IMG/VR virus record: IMGVR_UViG_3300024261_000008
Span: 1 to 64,000 of that record
Source of the DNA: an uncultured virus (IMG/VR IMGVR_UViG_3300024261_000008)
Taxonomy: Duplodnaviria; Heunggongvirae; Uroviricota; Caudoviricetes
Reading direction: 5' to 3' (one strand)
Length of the DNA: 64,000 nucleotides
How positions within the stretch are numbered: the first letter of the stretch is position 1; each line of letters begins with the position of its first letter. This document shows, piece after piece, positions 8,225-16,551 of the stretch. The notes under the pieces are model-generated. The model was not told where the DNA came from. It saw only the letters and a program-made list of their open reading frames with translations, and ran no database searches. Both the position numbers and the translations under genes were made by a program.

Positions 8225-8231
8225 TGTGTAT
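8225..8231 (+). promoter_or_regulatory. Candidate late promoter (TGTGTAT)
   Basis: GTGTA motif recurring in front of structural genes. Confidence 0.45.
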
Positions 8232-8273
8232 TTAGACAATAGGATTACATTACCATTACAATAGAAATGAAAT

Positions 8274-10460
8274 ATGAGTAAAAAGAAATCACCAAATCAA
8301 GCTATTCAAGACGCTAATATAGTTCCAGAAGACGCCTACGTAACTTGGGGAGATGACCTAGGAAGTAAAAATGATGCACTTAAGGAATCGTCCAAGGCAT
8401 TGGATGAATATGGCATTATCGAACATGCATATGGTCATTATGGTGCTCCTATAGGAAATCGAAGTAATGATTTTCGTGATCTTACTCCAAATGGCACAGA
8501 CGGTCGTCCGGGCTTAACCAAGTCTGCATATGATTGGTTTCGTCCAAATGAAGCAATACCAGTACAGATCAAACCTATTATTAAAAGAGCAGAGCAAGTT
8601 TATCAAAAAGTTGGTTTAGTAAAAAACGTAATTGATTTGATGGGAGACTTTGCTAGTCAAGGCATTAGAATTGTACACAAAGACCCGAAGACACAAATGT
8701 TTTATAGGAACTGGTTTAAAAAAGTAAAAGGCAAAGATAGAAGTGAAAGATTTTTAAACAATCTTTACAAAACCGGCAATGTTGTCATAACTAGACAAAC
8801 AGCTAAACTGACTCCCGGTGGTGCTAAAAAAATGTATAAAGCTGTATCTGATGCTAACTACAAAGTAAGCGATCCTATTGATTTAAAAATTAATAAAAGA
8901 GAAGTGCCTTGGGTTTACACTTTTATTGATCCTTTCTATGTAGACATAGCTGGTGGGGCTTTAGCTGCTTTCACTCAGAAAAAAGTATTTGAAATTAATC
9001 TACCTTCTTATTTACGTAAAGTGATTCTTGCCCCAAAGACAGATGCAGAAAAAGCAATCGTAGAAGGTTTACCTCCAGATATTCTAGAAGCAGCAAAGAC
9101 TAGAAAGAAGTATCCTCTCGACCCAGCAAAGACTATTGTACACTATTATAAAAAAGATGATTGGCAGGCATGGGCTTACCCTATGGTCTATGCCGTGATG
9201 GATGATATTATGGTAATGGAAAAGTTAAAGTTGGCAGATATGGCGGCTCTTGACGGGGCTATTAGTAATATTCGTATATTTAAAATTGGTAATTTAGAAC
9301 ACAAAATTGCTCCAACGAAAGCCGCCGCATCTAAGTTGGCTTCTATCCTCGGCAATAATGTCGGTGGTGGTACAATGGATTTGGTATGGGGACCAGACAT
9401 TGAACTTATTGAAAGTAAAACTAATGTACATCAGTTTTTAGGTGAAGGTAAATATACTCCTCATCTTAATGCTATCTATGCTGGTCTTGGTATTCCTCCA
9501 ACTCTTACTGGAACTTATGGTGCAGCAGGAACGACTAATAACTTTATTAGTTTAAAAACTTTAACACAGCGTTTAGAGTACGGTCGTGATGTACTCACTG
9601 AGTTCTGGAATAAAGAAATGACAATCGTTCAACAAGCGATGGGTTTTAAAGAACCTGCACACTTAGAATACGACAGAATGGATTTGTCAAACGAAGAAAG
9701 TGAAAAGGCTCTATTGGTGCAACTTGCTGATAGAAACTTGATATCCGAAGAACTATTGCAAACTCGATTCGATATGGACCCAGACATGGAGAAGTTTAGA
9801 ATAGATAAAGAAACTCAAGCTAGAGAGAAAGGTAAGATGGCAGATAAAGCAGGTCCATTTTATAACCCTCAAAGCGAGGAGGCCTTAAAGAAAATTGCAT
9901 TACAGCAGGGTCTTGCTACTCCTAGTGAAGTAGGTTTGGAATTGAAGCCAAAGAAAGAAGGAGAAAAGACAGTCACTGAAATGAAGGAAAGCCCATCTTC
10001 GAAGAAGGCAGAAGATGTTCCTACATCTTTGCCAGACAGCGAACCCGGAAGACCAAAGAACTCTCCCGATACTGTTCCTGTAAGGAAACAAAAAACATTT
10101 AAACCGAGACAAGGAGCGAGTTTATCTTTATGGGCCTCAGAAGCACAAGATAAAATCAGCAAGATAGTAAACCCAATTATGTTGGAGTATTATTCCAAGA
10201 ACACACTACGTTCGCTATCAAGCGAACAAACTCGTGAAGTAGAAGACGTAAAAACCCGGATACTTTTCAACTTGCAACCATTCTGTACAATAGACCACGA
10301 CTGTGTGGTCGCCAAAGTGGGCCAATCAATAAATAATGAGATTATGACCAATTATAGTGTATGGTTAAGACAGATGGCTTTAGACCTTGGTAAAGAGTTA
10401 AATGTAGACGAACAAAAACAAGCGAAGGCTTCTTACTACGCAGTACTAAAAGGTGAATAA
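8274..10460 (+). CDS. Portal protein
   Basis: Follows TerL; 728 aa; LVKNVIDLMGDF and IYAGLGIP portal-like segments. Confidence 0.85.
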   Translation: MSKKKSPNQAIQDANIVPEDAYVTWGDDLGSKNDALKESSKALDEYGIIEHAYGHYGAPIGNRSNDFRDLTPNGTDGRPGLTKSAYDWFRPNEAIPVQIKPIIKRAEQVYQKVGLVKNVIDLMGDFASQGIRIVHKDPKTQMFYRNWFKKVKGKDRSERFLNNLYKTGNVVITRQTAKLTPGGAKKMYKAVSDANYKVSDPIDLKINKREVPWVYTFIDPFYVDIAGGALAAFTQKKVFEINLPSYLRKVILAPKTDAEKAIVEGLPPDILEAAKTRKKYPLDPAKTIVHYYKKDDWQAWAYPMVYAVMDDIMVMEKLKLADMAALDGAISNIRIFKIGNLEHKIAPTKAAASKLASILGNNVGGGTMDLVWGPDIELIESKTNVHQFLGEGKYTPHLNAIYAGLGIPPTLTGTYGAAGTTNNFISLKTLTQRLEYGRDVLTEFWNKEMTIVQQAMGFKEPAHLEYDRMDLSNEESEKALLVQLADRNLISEELLQTRFDMDPDMEKFRIDKETQAREKGKMADKAGPFYNPQSEEALKKIALQQGLATPSEVGLELKPKKEGEKTVTEMKESPSSKKAEDVPTSLPDSEPGRPKNSPDTVPVRKQKTFKPRQGASLSLWASEAQDKISKIVNPIMLEYYSKNTLRSLSSEQTREVEDVKTRILFNLQPFCTIDHDCVVAKVGQSINNEIMTNYSVWLRQMALDLGKELNVDEQKQAKASYYAVLKGE

Positions 10461-12101
10461 ATGGAAATATACAAAAATGAAGTAAATGACGGTTTAGCAG
10501 AAAAGATTTTGGCAAGCCAATTTATAACTATCGCTTCCGCAGCAGAACCCTGTCAGAAAACGCTTGCACAGGAATTAAAGAGCCAAAAGGCTGCTGCTTC
10601 CTATGATGATGCAGATTTGTACTATGTGCAGTCTATTATGGTTACATCAAACTGGAATCGAAATGATGATATTTTTGATGCGGTAGAAGTCTGGAAAGCA
10701 CGTAAAAGCCCAGAAGACAAACCAACAAATTTAGAACACGACGAAAGCATTATAATCGGCCATATCACATCAAACTGGCCTATTGATGACAACGGCAAGA
10801 CTTTACCAGATACTCTATCTGATGATGAAGTGCCTCAAAAATTCCACATACTTACTGGATCGGTTATTTATCGTGCATTTACTGACCCAGATTTAATGGA
10901 GCGTTCACAGAAACTAATTGCAGAAATTGAAGATGGTACAAAATATGTGAGTATGGAGTGCTACTTTAAAGCCTTTGATTACGGACTAATTGATAAAAGT
11001 ACCGGGGATTATAAGGTATTGGCCCGTGGTGAAGACACCGCGTATTTGACTAGACATCTTCGTGCTTATGGCGGTACAGGAGAACATGAGAACTATAAAA
11101 TTGGCCGAGTTTTGAGAAATATTACTTTTAGTGGAAAAGGCTTTGTTGACAAACCAGCGAATCCTGAGAGTATAATTTTCACAAAAGAAAATATTGACAA
11201 AATTTTTGATCAAAAAAATGACGATTTATCAGAATCAGGTGTAATACCAAGTACGTTAACTTCTACGGAGAAACTAACCATGAGCACAGATAATTTACAA
11301 CAAGATGTTGCAGAGATCAAAGATAGTCTTTCAACTGTTGCTTCAACAGTAGAGGACGCTAAGGCTTCCGCAGCGGAACTAAAAACACTTAACCTAGAAT
11401 TAGAGGGTAAAATGAGCGAATTACAAGCAGAGGCCGAAATGGTCAAAGATGAAAATCTTAAGATGAAGAAAGAAAAGGAAGAAGCCAAGAAAGAGTATGT
11501 AAAATCTTCCGAGGAACTTGAGGCTCTCAAGGCTGCTTTCGCAGAACTTGAAGAAACCCTTGCAGGAGTACAAAAGAATTTAGCTGAAAAAGAAAAGATG
11601 GAAGCCGAGAAAAAGGCCAAATCTGATGAACTTGAAGCTGAACTTGTTTCTGCACATGAAAAAATTGCTGCTTTTGAAGCAGAGAAGGCTGAAGCTGCCC
11701 GTCTTGTACTTGTAGCTGCCCGTGTTTCTGCTCTCGTAGAAGCAGGCGTTGATGAAGAACAAGCATCAGCGACAGTTGAAAAATTTGCTGATCTTGATGA
11801 CGAATCCTTTGAGGCTATTGTTAGTCTAGCCGCACTCACCAAGAAGCCTCATACTGGCAAGGCTCCTGTTGAGAACGACAAAGATAACACTCCGGTAAAA
11901 ACGGTAAAGGCTGAAGAAGAAGTCCAAGAGACGGAAGGGGCTGAAGAAGCACAAGCAACTGAAGCCGATATTGATTCTTTAGAAGAGGCAGTAGCAGAAG
12001 AGACACCTGATCTCACAGTCGGCTCTACTTCCGAAGAAGATGAACAGTCCAGCGTTCGTGCTGAATTAGTAGAGTTCGTAAGTGCAAGGCTTAACAAATA
12101 A
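10461..12101 (+). CDS. Prohead protease fused to a coiled-coil scaffold
   Basis: KPTNLEH...IIGHI, VSMEC, GFVDKPAN in the N-half; acidic E/A/K coiled coil in the C-half. Confidence 0.85.
   Translation: MEIYKNEVNDGLAEKILASQFITIASAAEPCQKTLAQELKSQKAAASYDDADLYYVQSIMVTSNWNRNDDIFDAVEVWKARKSPEDKPTNLEHDESIIIGHITSNWPIDDNGKTLPDTLSDDEVPQKFHILTGSVIYRAFTDPDLMERSQKLIAEIEDGTKYVSMECYFKAFDYGLIDKSTGDYKVLARGEDTAYLTRHLRAYGGTGEHENYKIGRVLRNITFSGKGFVDKPANPESIIFTKENIDKIFDQKNDDLSESGVIPSTLTSTEKLTMSTDNLQQDVAEIKDSLSTVASTVEDAKASAAELKTLNLELEGKMSELQAEAEMVKDENLKMKKEKEEAKKEYVKSSEELEALKAAFAELEETLAGVQKNLAEKEKMEAEKKAKSDELEAELVSAHEKIAAFEAEKAEAARLVLVAARVSALVEAGVDEEQASATVEKFADLDDESFEAIVSLAALTKKPHTGKAPVENDKDNTPVKTVKAEEEVQETEGAEEAQATEADIDSLEEAVAEETPDLTVGSTSEEDEQSSVRAELVEFVSARLNK
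11280..12101 (+). CDS. Nested in-frame scaffold protein (internal start M274)
   Basis: GGAG at 11267-11270, in-frame ATG at 11280, GGTGTAATA at 11238. Confidence 0.6.
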   Translation: MSTDNLQQDVAEIKDSLSTVASTVEDAKASAAELKTLNLELEGKMSELQAEAEMVKDENLKMKKEKEEAKKEYVKSSEELEALKAAFAELEETLAGVQKNLAEKEKMEAEKKAKSDELEAELVSAHEKIAAFEAEKAEAARLVLVAARVSALVEAGVDEEQASATVEKFADLDDESFEAIVSLAALTKKPHTGKAPVENDKDNTPVKTVKAEEEVQETEGAEEAQATEADIDSLEEAVAEETPDLTVGSTSEEDEQSSVRAELVEFVSARLNK

Positions 12102-12127
12102 CTTTTTTACCAATAGGGAGAATTAAA

Positions 12128-12574
12128 ATGGCTTTAAAACCAGATCGTATCGAGATTTACACAGATATCTCATTTTTCATGAACACCGTTGCCGAGCGTG
12201 GTGGCGTTGTTTCAGTTGTAACAAGCGGTTCAGGCGTATCAATGGATGACGCTAACGCCGTAGTTGAATATGCTGACGCTGCAAGCGGTAGTGCTGCACT
12301 TGGCGTACTTCTTTGTGATGTTGTTAACAAAGACCTCACCAAATGTCATATTAACTGGCATAAGGATGAGATGCAGGTAGGTGGCAAAGTCACTCTCCTT
12401 CGTCGCGGTCAATGTACCACTAATATGGTTGATGGAACTCCATCAGCAGGTGACAAGGCTTATGTCGGAGTTTCCGGCCTAGTCTCAACCACCGAAGGTG
12501 GTCAACACATCGGTCAATGGCTCAGTGCTGTTGATGAAGATGGTTTTGCTAAATTATCCGTTACCGTTCACTAA
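12128..12574 (+). CDS. Capsid decoration/cement protein
   Basis: 148 aa, beta-rich, between scaffold and MCP; CAATAGGGAGAA leader shared with the MCP gene. Confidence 0.7.
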   Translation: MALKPDRIEIYTDISFFMNTVAERGGVVSVVTSGSGVSMDDANAVVEYADAASGSAALGVLLCDVVNKDLTKCHINWHKDEMQVGGKVTLLRRGQCTTNMVDGTPSAGDKAYVGVSGLVSTTEGGQHIGQWLSAVDEDGFAKLSVTVH

Positions 12575-12601
12575 ACTAATTTCAATAGGGAGAAAATAAT
12601 T

Positions 12602-13621
12602 ATGTCAGATGTTCAAACTAAAATTTTCGAGCCGACTCCAGAATTGACTGATCTTTTGATCCGTTCTGGTTCAGCTAAGAAAGAGGTTTCAGTAGCTGCA
12701 AGTGCAGAATTTGCAAAGGCTCTTGAGCAACCTCTCCGTCAGGGTGTCCTTAGTGGCAATATTCTTAATGGTATTTTTGAGCCAATTCGTTTGGCCCAGA
12801 GTGCTACTCCAGAATTTCCACTTGATTTTCTTGCACCGGGAACTGAAAAAGATTTCGTTGCTTATACCATTCCTAATCATGGATATATTCCAGAACGTCA
12901 CGTAGAAGGCGATTATGTCATGGTTCCGACCTTTGACATCGGTGCTTCTATTGATTGGCTTCTGAAGTATGCTCGTGATGCACGTTGGGATGTCGTCGGT
13001 CGTGCTATGGAAGTACTTGAGGCTTCTTTCACTAAGAAGATGAATGATGATGGTTGGCACACCATTCTTGCTGCTGGCGTTGATCGTAACATCGTTGTTT
13101 ATGACAGTGATGCTGCTCAAGGTCAATTTACTAAGCGTCTTGTCAGTCTCATGAAGACCGTCATGCGTCGAAATGGTGGCGGGAATAGTGCTAGTAACAA
13201 TCGTGGTCAGTTGACTGACCTTTATGTTTCACCAGAAGCTATGGAAGACATTCGCAACTGGGGAGTTGATCAGGTTGATGAACTCACTCGTCGTGAAATC
13301 TATGTTGCTTCTGATTCCGCTGCTGTTATCAATCGTGTCTTTGGAGTTAACCTCCATGATCTCGACGAACTCGGTGTCGGTCAGGAATATCAGTTGTTCT
13401 ATGAGAACGTCCTTAATGGCACAATGCCAGCAGGTGACGTAGAAATTTGCGTAGGTCTTGATCTTCGCAAGCGTGATTCCTTCATTATGCCAATTCGTCA
13501 AGAAGTTCAAATCTTCGAAGATGATGTTCTTCATCGTCAGAAGAGAGCAGGCTTCTACGGATGGGCAGAGCAAGGCTTTGCTGTTCTTGATAATCGTAGG
13601 GTCTTACTTGGCTCTATGTAA
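12602..13621 (+). CDS. Major capsid protein
   Basis: Position, 339 aa size, strong RBS, highly expressed codon style, followed by a terminator. Confidence 0.88.
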   Translation: MSDVQTKIFEPTPELTDLLIRSGSAKKEVSVAASAEFAKALEQPLRQGVLSGNILNGIFEPIRLAQSATPEFPLDFLAPGTEKDFVAYTIPNHGYIPERHVEGDYVMVPTFDIGASIDWLLKYARDARWDVVGRAMEVLEASFTKKMNDDGWHTILAAGVDRNIVVYDSDAAQGQFTKRLVSLMKTVMRRNGGGNSASNNRGQLTDLYVSPEAMEDIRNWGVDQVDELTRREIYVASDSAAVINRVFGVNLHDLDELGVGQEYQLFYENVLNGTMPAGDVEICVGLDLRKRDSFIMPIRQEVQIFEDDVLHRQKRAGFYGWAEQGFAVLDNRRVLLGSM

Positions 13622-13653
13622 GGTTTCTCTAATGTTGTAAATTTAATAAAGGG

Positions 13654-13686
13654 GCCGTCCTAAAAGCATTTGGGGCGGCTTTTTTT
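13654..13686 (+). terminator. Rho-independent terminator after MCP
   Basis: GCCGTCCTAAA-AGCA-TTTGGGGCGGC followed by T7. Confidence 0.88.
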
Positions 13687-13698
13687 ATTGTCTTTACT

Positions 13699-13708
13699 GG
13701 TGTATATA
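13699..13708 (+). promoter_or_regulatory. Candidate late promoter GGTGTATATA
   Basis: Directly after the terminator and 30 nt before the next gene; identical 10-mer at 31790. Confidence 0.6.
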
Positions 13709-13738
13709 CAATTATCCTAACATTCAGAGGTAATACCT

Positions 13739-14146
13739 ATGTCAGCAAGCGAATATAACTTTAAAATAGAGCAAGGGTCCACATTTAAGATCAGGTTTTA
13801 TTACAAAGATGAGAATGGCGATCCTATAGATTTAACTGGATACTGTGCTAGATTAACATGGAAGACTAATTTCGGTATCAAACAATCTTTTTTTACTCAA
13901 AACACAGATTATAGTGTATATAAATTTGAATTGGATGAAGCAAACGGAGGTATGATTTTGACGCTTCCTGCGTCAACAACTAACAGTTTTGAATTTTCTT
14001 ATGCTAAATATGACTTAGAACTGCAATCTCCTGATGCTATTTATTCTTCAGATAACTTTTACACATATAGGCTTTTATATGGTAAAGCGACTATTGTGAA
14101 ACGATATAGTACAACTTTAGAAAATTTGGAGTGCCAGAATGAGTAA
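13739..14146 (+). CDS. Fibre adaptor protein (BppU-N-like), paralog of 32433..32900
   Basis: YNFKIEQGSTF...PIDLTGYCARL...YDLEL. Confidence 0.7.
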   Translation: MSASEYNFKIEQGSTFKIRFYYKDENGDPIDLTGYCARLTWKTNFGIKQSFFTQNTDYSVYKFELDEANGGMILTLPASTTNSFEFSYAKYDLELQSPDAIYSSDNFYTYRLLYGKATIVKRYSTTLENLECQNE

Positions 14147-14366
14147 TAAAAATTATATGACAGTTGAAAGTTGCAATATTGACAACCTGCCATATGTACA
14201 AGTTCAGGTCGTTGAACCCTGTTTGAATATACCTATTACTATTGGAGATTTACCAGATAATATTCCTATGTCTAAGATATCTGGTAATTTAGATGTCTCT
14301 AGAATAGACAACTTAGATGATTATTTATTAAACTTTAACTATGAATTAGACGGCGGTACGCCTTAA
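14139..14366 (+). CDS. Small virion protein ending LDGGTP
   Basis: Overlaps the previous gene; C-terminal DGG motif. Confidence 0.7.
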   Translation: MSNKNYMTVESCNIDNLPYVQVQVVEPCLNIPITIGDLPDNIPMSKISGNLDVSRIDNLDDYLLNFNYELDGGTP

Positions 14367-14392
14367 TATTTTTTTACAAGGAGACAATCAAA

Positions 14393-16414
14393 ATGCCAGT
14401 AGATACAAAAATTCAAATTCGTCGAGGTTATTCAGATAGCTTTGCCGGATCAATACCCGCAGGTCAGAGCAAGTGGTCAGGTGTTAATCCTGTTTTAGCA
14501 CAGGGTGAACTTGGCTACGAAATCGACACTAATCGTGTTAAGATTGGTGACGGACTAACAGCATGGACTAGTCTTGAATATGCCAGCAACTCACCTAATG
14601 AAGAATTTCACTATGGAGTAAGCGGTATTGGAATTGACTTTCCAAATGATGAGATTCGTATAGCAGTCACGGGAATCGAACATTCACAAGTAAATGATTG
14701 GGACGATGCCGTTAGTGGTCTTCTTCCAAGTTTTACTGGTGTAGATGGAGTCGAAGTCGTTTGGAGTGGAGAAGAGAACAGATGGTATGTTGCTCTTGAA
14801 GACCCAGTAATTGACACTGGTAACATTATCGGTTTTGAGGAAGCTGTTCGTGACGTTATCGGTGAAGAGGCTGGAGGAAGCGGTTTCCTTCGCAATGGTT
14901 ATGGCATAGACATGACCTACAACGACCTGCAAAACAGTGTTGTTGTTTCTTTCACAGGGACTCAGCTTACAGGTGTTCTTGATGTTAATGCCACAGCAAC
15001 AGAAGTAAACTACCTTGCTGGTTCAATTCCGGGTAGAGTACTTGCTAATAAAGCAGTTGTTGCTGATGCAAGTCGCAATATCGGTAATGTTAATGATTTG
15101 TCAGTAGGCAATGACCTTCGCGTCACCGGAGTTACTACTCTGATCGGTGGAGTTAATGTCACAGGCGTTGTTTCTACAACAACTATTGAGGCTCCTGTTA
15201 TCACTGCCACAGACAGATTTGTTGGCAATCTTAGTGGAACAGCTAATGTTGCAACTAACGTAACAGTAGATCACGACGGTAGTACTTCTACCTTGTATCT
15301 TGCTGGTGTCGAAGGTACTAGTGATGGCAACAAGCCAGTATACTCTGACAATCAACTAAACTTTGTTACGAGCACTAACACTCTTAACTCAACCAATGTT
15401 ACTGCTTCTAGTACTGCTACAGCAAGTGATGTTCAGACTACTACATTGACAGCAGCCGGTACAGCAACCTTTAATGGTGATGTTGACCTCGGTGACAATG
15501 CTAGTGATACTGTAACATTCACAAGTAGAGTAGACAGCAGTATTGTTCCTAGTGTGACTCAATCTAATGACTTGGGTACATCAGCACTAGAATGGCAAAC
15601 AGTCTATGCTAAGACTCTTGAAGTCAGCGAGCATCTTAATGTTGATGGTAATATTGATGTTGGTGGTTTTGTTGTCACAACTGGCAGCGTAACAATCAAC
15701 GGAGACCTTACGGTTAACGGTGACACCACAACTATTAACTCTGAAGTTAAGGTTCTGGAAGACCCAATTATCCTTTTGGGTGGAACTGGTGAAATTACAA
15801 GCAATGACGGTAAAGACCGTGGTGTTGCTGGTCGATATTATCAGGCTTCCAGTTCACCAACTGGTAGTTTCGTTTTCTTCGGATGGGATAATAGTACTAA
15901 CAAGTTTACTTATATCCCAGACGCTACTTTCACCAATGAAGTCGCTGCTGGTGCGATTGGCGAATTGGACGCAAACATTGATTTCGATAAGATTCTCAAT
16001 GCTCCAAGTCCAAATGTTAGCGTAACACTTGATGGAGATATTACTGGTACTGCTAACGCAGACCTGACATCGCTTACTGGAAATGTTGCTCTTACAATCA
16101 CAACAACTATTGAAAACGATAGTATTGTTCTTGGAGACGACACTGAAGGTCAGTATGCTCAGACTCTAGCGGTTGCAGGAAACGGCTTGAGTTGCACAAC
16201 TCCTGCTGCTGATGATGGCACGGATTATACGGTTACTTCAAATGCTACAGCAGCTAATACTGCTGAAACGATTGTCTACAGAGACGCTAATCGTGCATTT
16301 AGTGCTCAGACCATCACAGTTAATGGTCTTGTTAATGTAGCTACAATTAGCGGTGTAAGTGCTGCTGCTCCTGTAGTAATAACTTACGCTGTTATCGACG
16401 GTGGCTCACCATAA
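14393..16414 (+). CDS. Fibre protein with an Mtd_N-like N-terminal domain
   Basis: IQIRRG...W...NPVLAQGELGYEIDTNRVKIGDG; T/S/G-rich beta repeats; ends IDGGSP. Confidence 0.85.
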   Translation: MPVDTKIQIRRGYSDSFAGSIPAGQSKWSGVNPVLAQGELGYEIDTNRVKIGDGLTAWTSLEYASNSPNEEFHYGVSGIGIDFPNDEIRIAVTGIEHSQVNDWDDAVSGLLPSFTGVDGVEVVWSGEENRWYVALEDPVIDTGNIIGFEEAVRDVIGEEAGGSGFLRNGYGIDMTYNDLQNSVVVSFTGTQLTGVLDVNATATEVNYLAGSIPGRVLANKAVVADASRNIGNVNDLSVGNDLRVTGVTTLIGGVNVTGVVSTTTIEAPVITATDRFVGNLSGTANVATNVTVDHDGSTSTLYLAGVEGTSDGNKPVYSDNQLNFVTSTNTLNSTNVTASSTATASDVQTTTLTAAGTATFNGDVDLGDNASDTVTFTSRVDSSIVPSVTQSNDLGTSALEWQTVYAKTLEVSEHLNVDGNIDVGGFVVTTGSVTINGDLTVNGDTTTINSEVKVLEDPIILLGGTGEITSNDGKDRGVAGRYYQASSSPTGSFVFFGWDNSTNKFTYIPDATFTNEVAAGAIGELDANIDFDKILNAPSPNVSVTLDGDITGTANADLTSLTGNVALTITTTIENDSIVLGDDTEGQYAQTLAVAGNGLSCTTPAADDGTDYTVTSNATAANTAETIVYRDANRAFSAQTITVNGLVNVATISGVSAAAPVVITYAVIDGGSP

Positions 16415-16436
16415 GCAGTTAAAGTTTTTGAATATA

Positions 16437-16479
16437 TCCTAGACCTTTTTCTAAATAATTAAGGTCTAGGACTTTTTTT
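16437..16479 (+). terminator. Rho-independent terminator
   Basis: TCCTAGACCTT...AAGGTCTAGGA stem followed by CT7. Confidence 0.8.
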
Positions 16480-16482
16480 AGA

Positions 16483-16510
16483 TTGACAACTTTATTGGAC
16501 TTCTTATAAT
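16483..16510 (+). promoter_or_regulatory. sigma70 consensus promoter inside the structural region
   Basis: TTGACA-N16-TATAAT, both hexamers perfect. Confidence 0.7.
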
Positions 16511-16551
16511 AACATATGGGCCACACCCCTTTTATCAGCGATAGGATAATT

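Noticed and set aside
11210..11842. 210-aa minus-strand ORF and the many other short antisense ORFs over structural genes
   Set aside because: Shadow frames of biased coding sequence with no RBS or recognisable motif.
12111..12594. CAATAGGGAGAA repeated before the decoration and MCP genes as a special operator
   Set aside because: Adequately explained as a shared strong ribosome-binding site.
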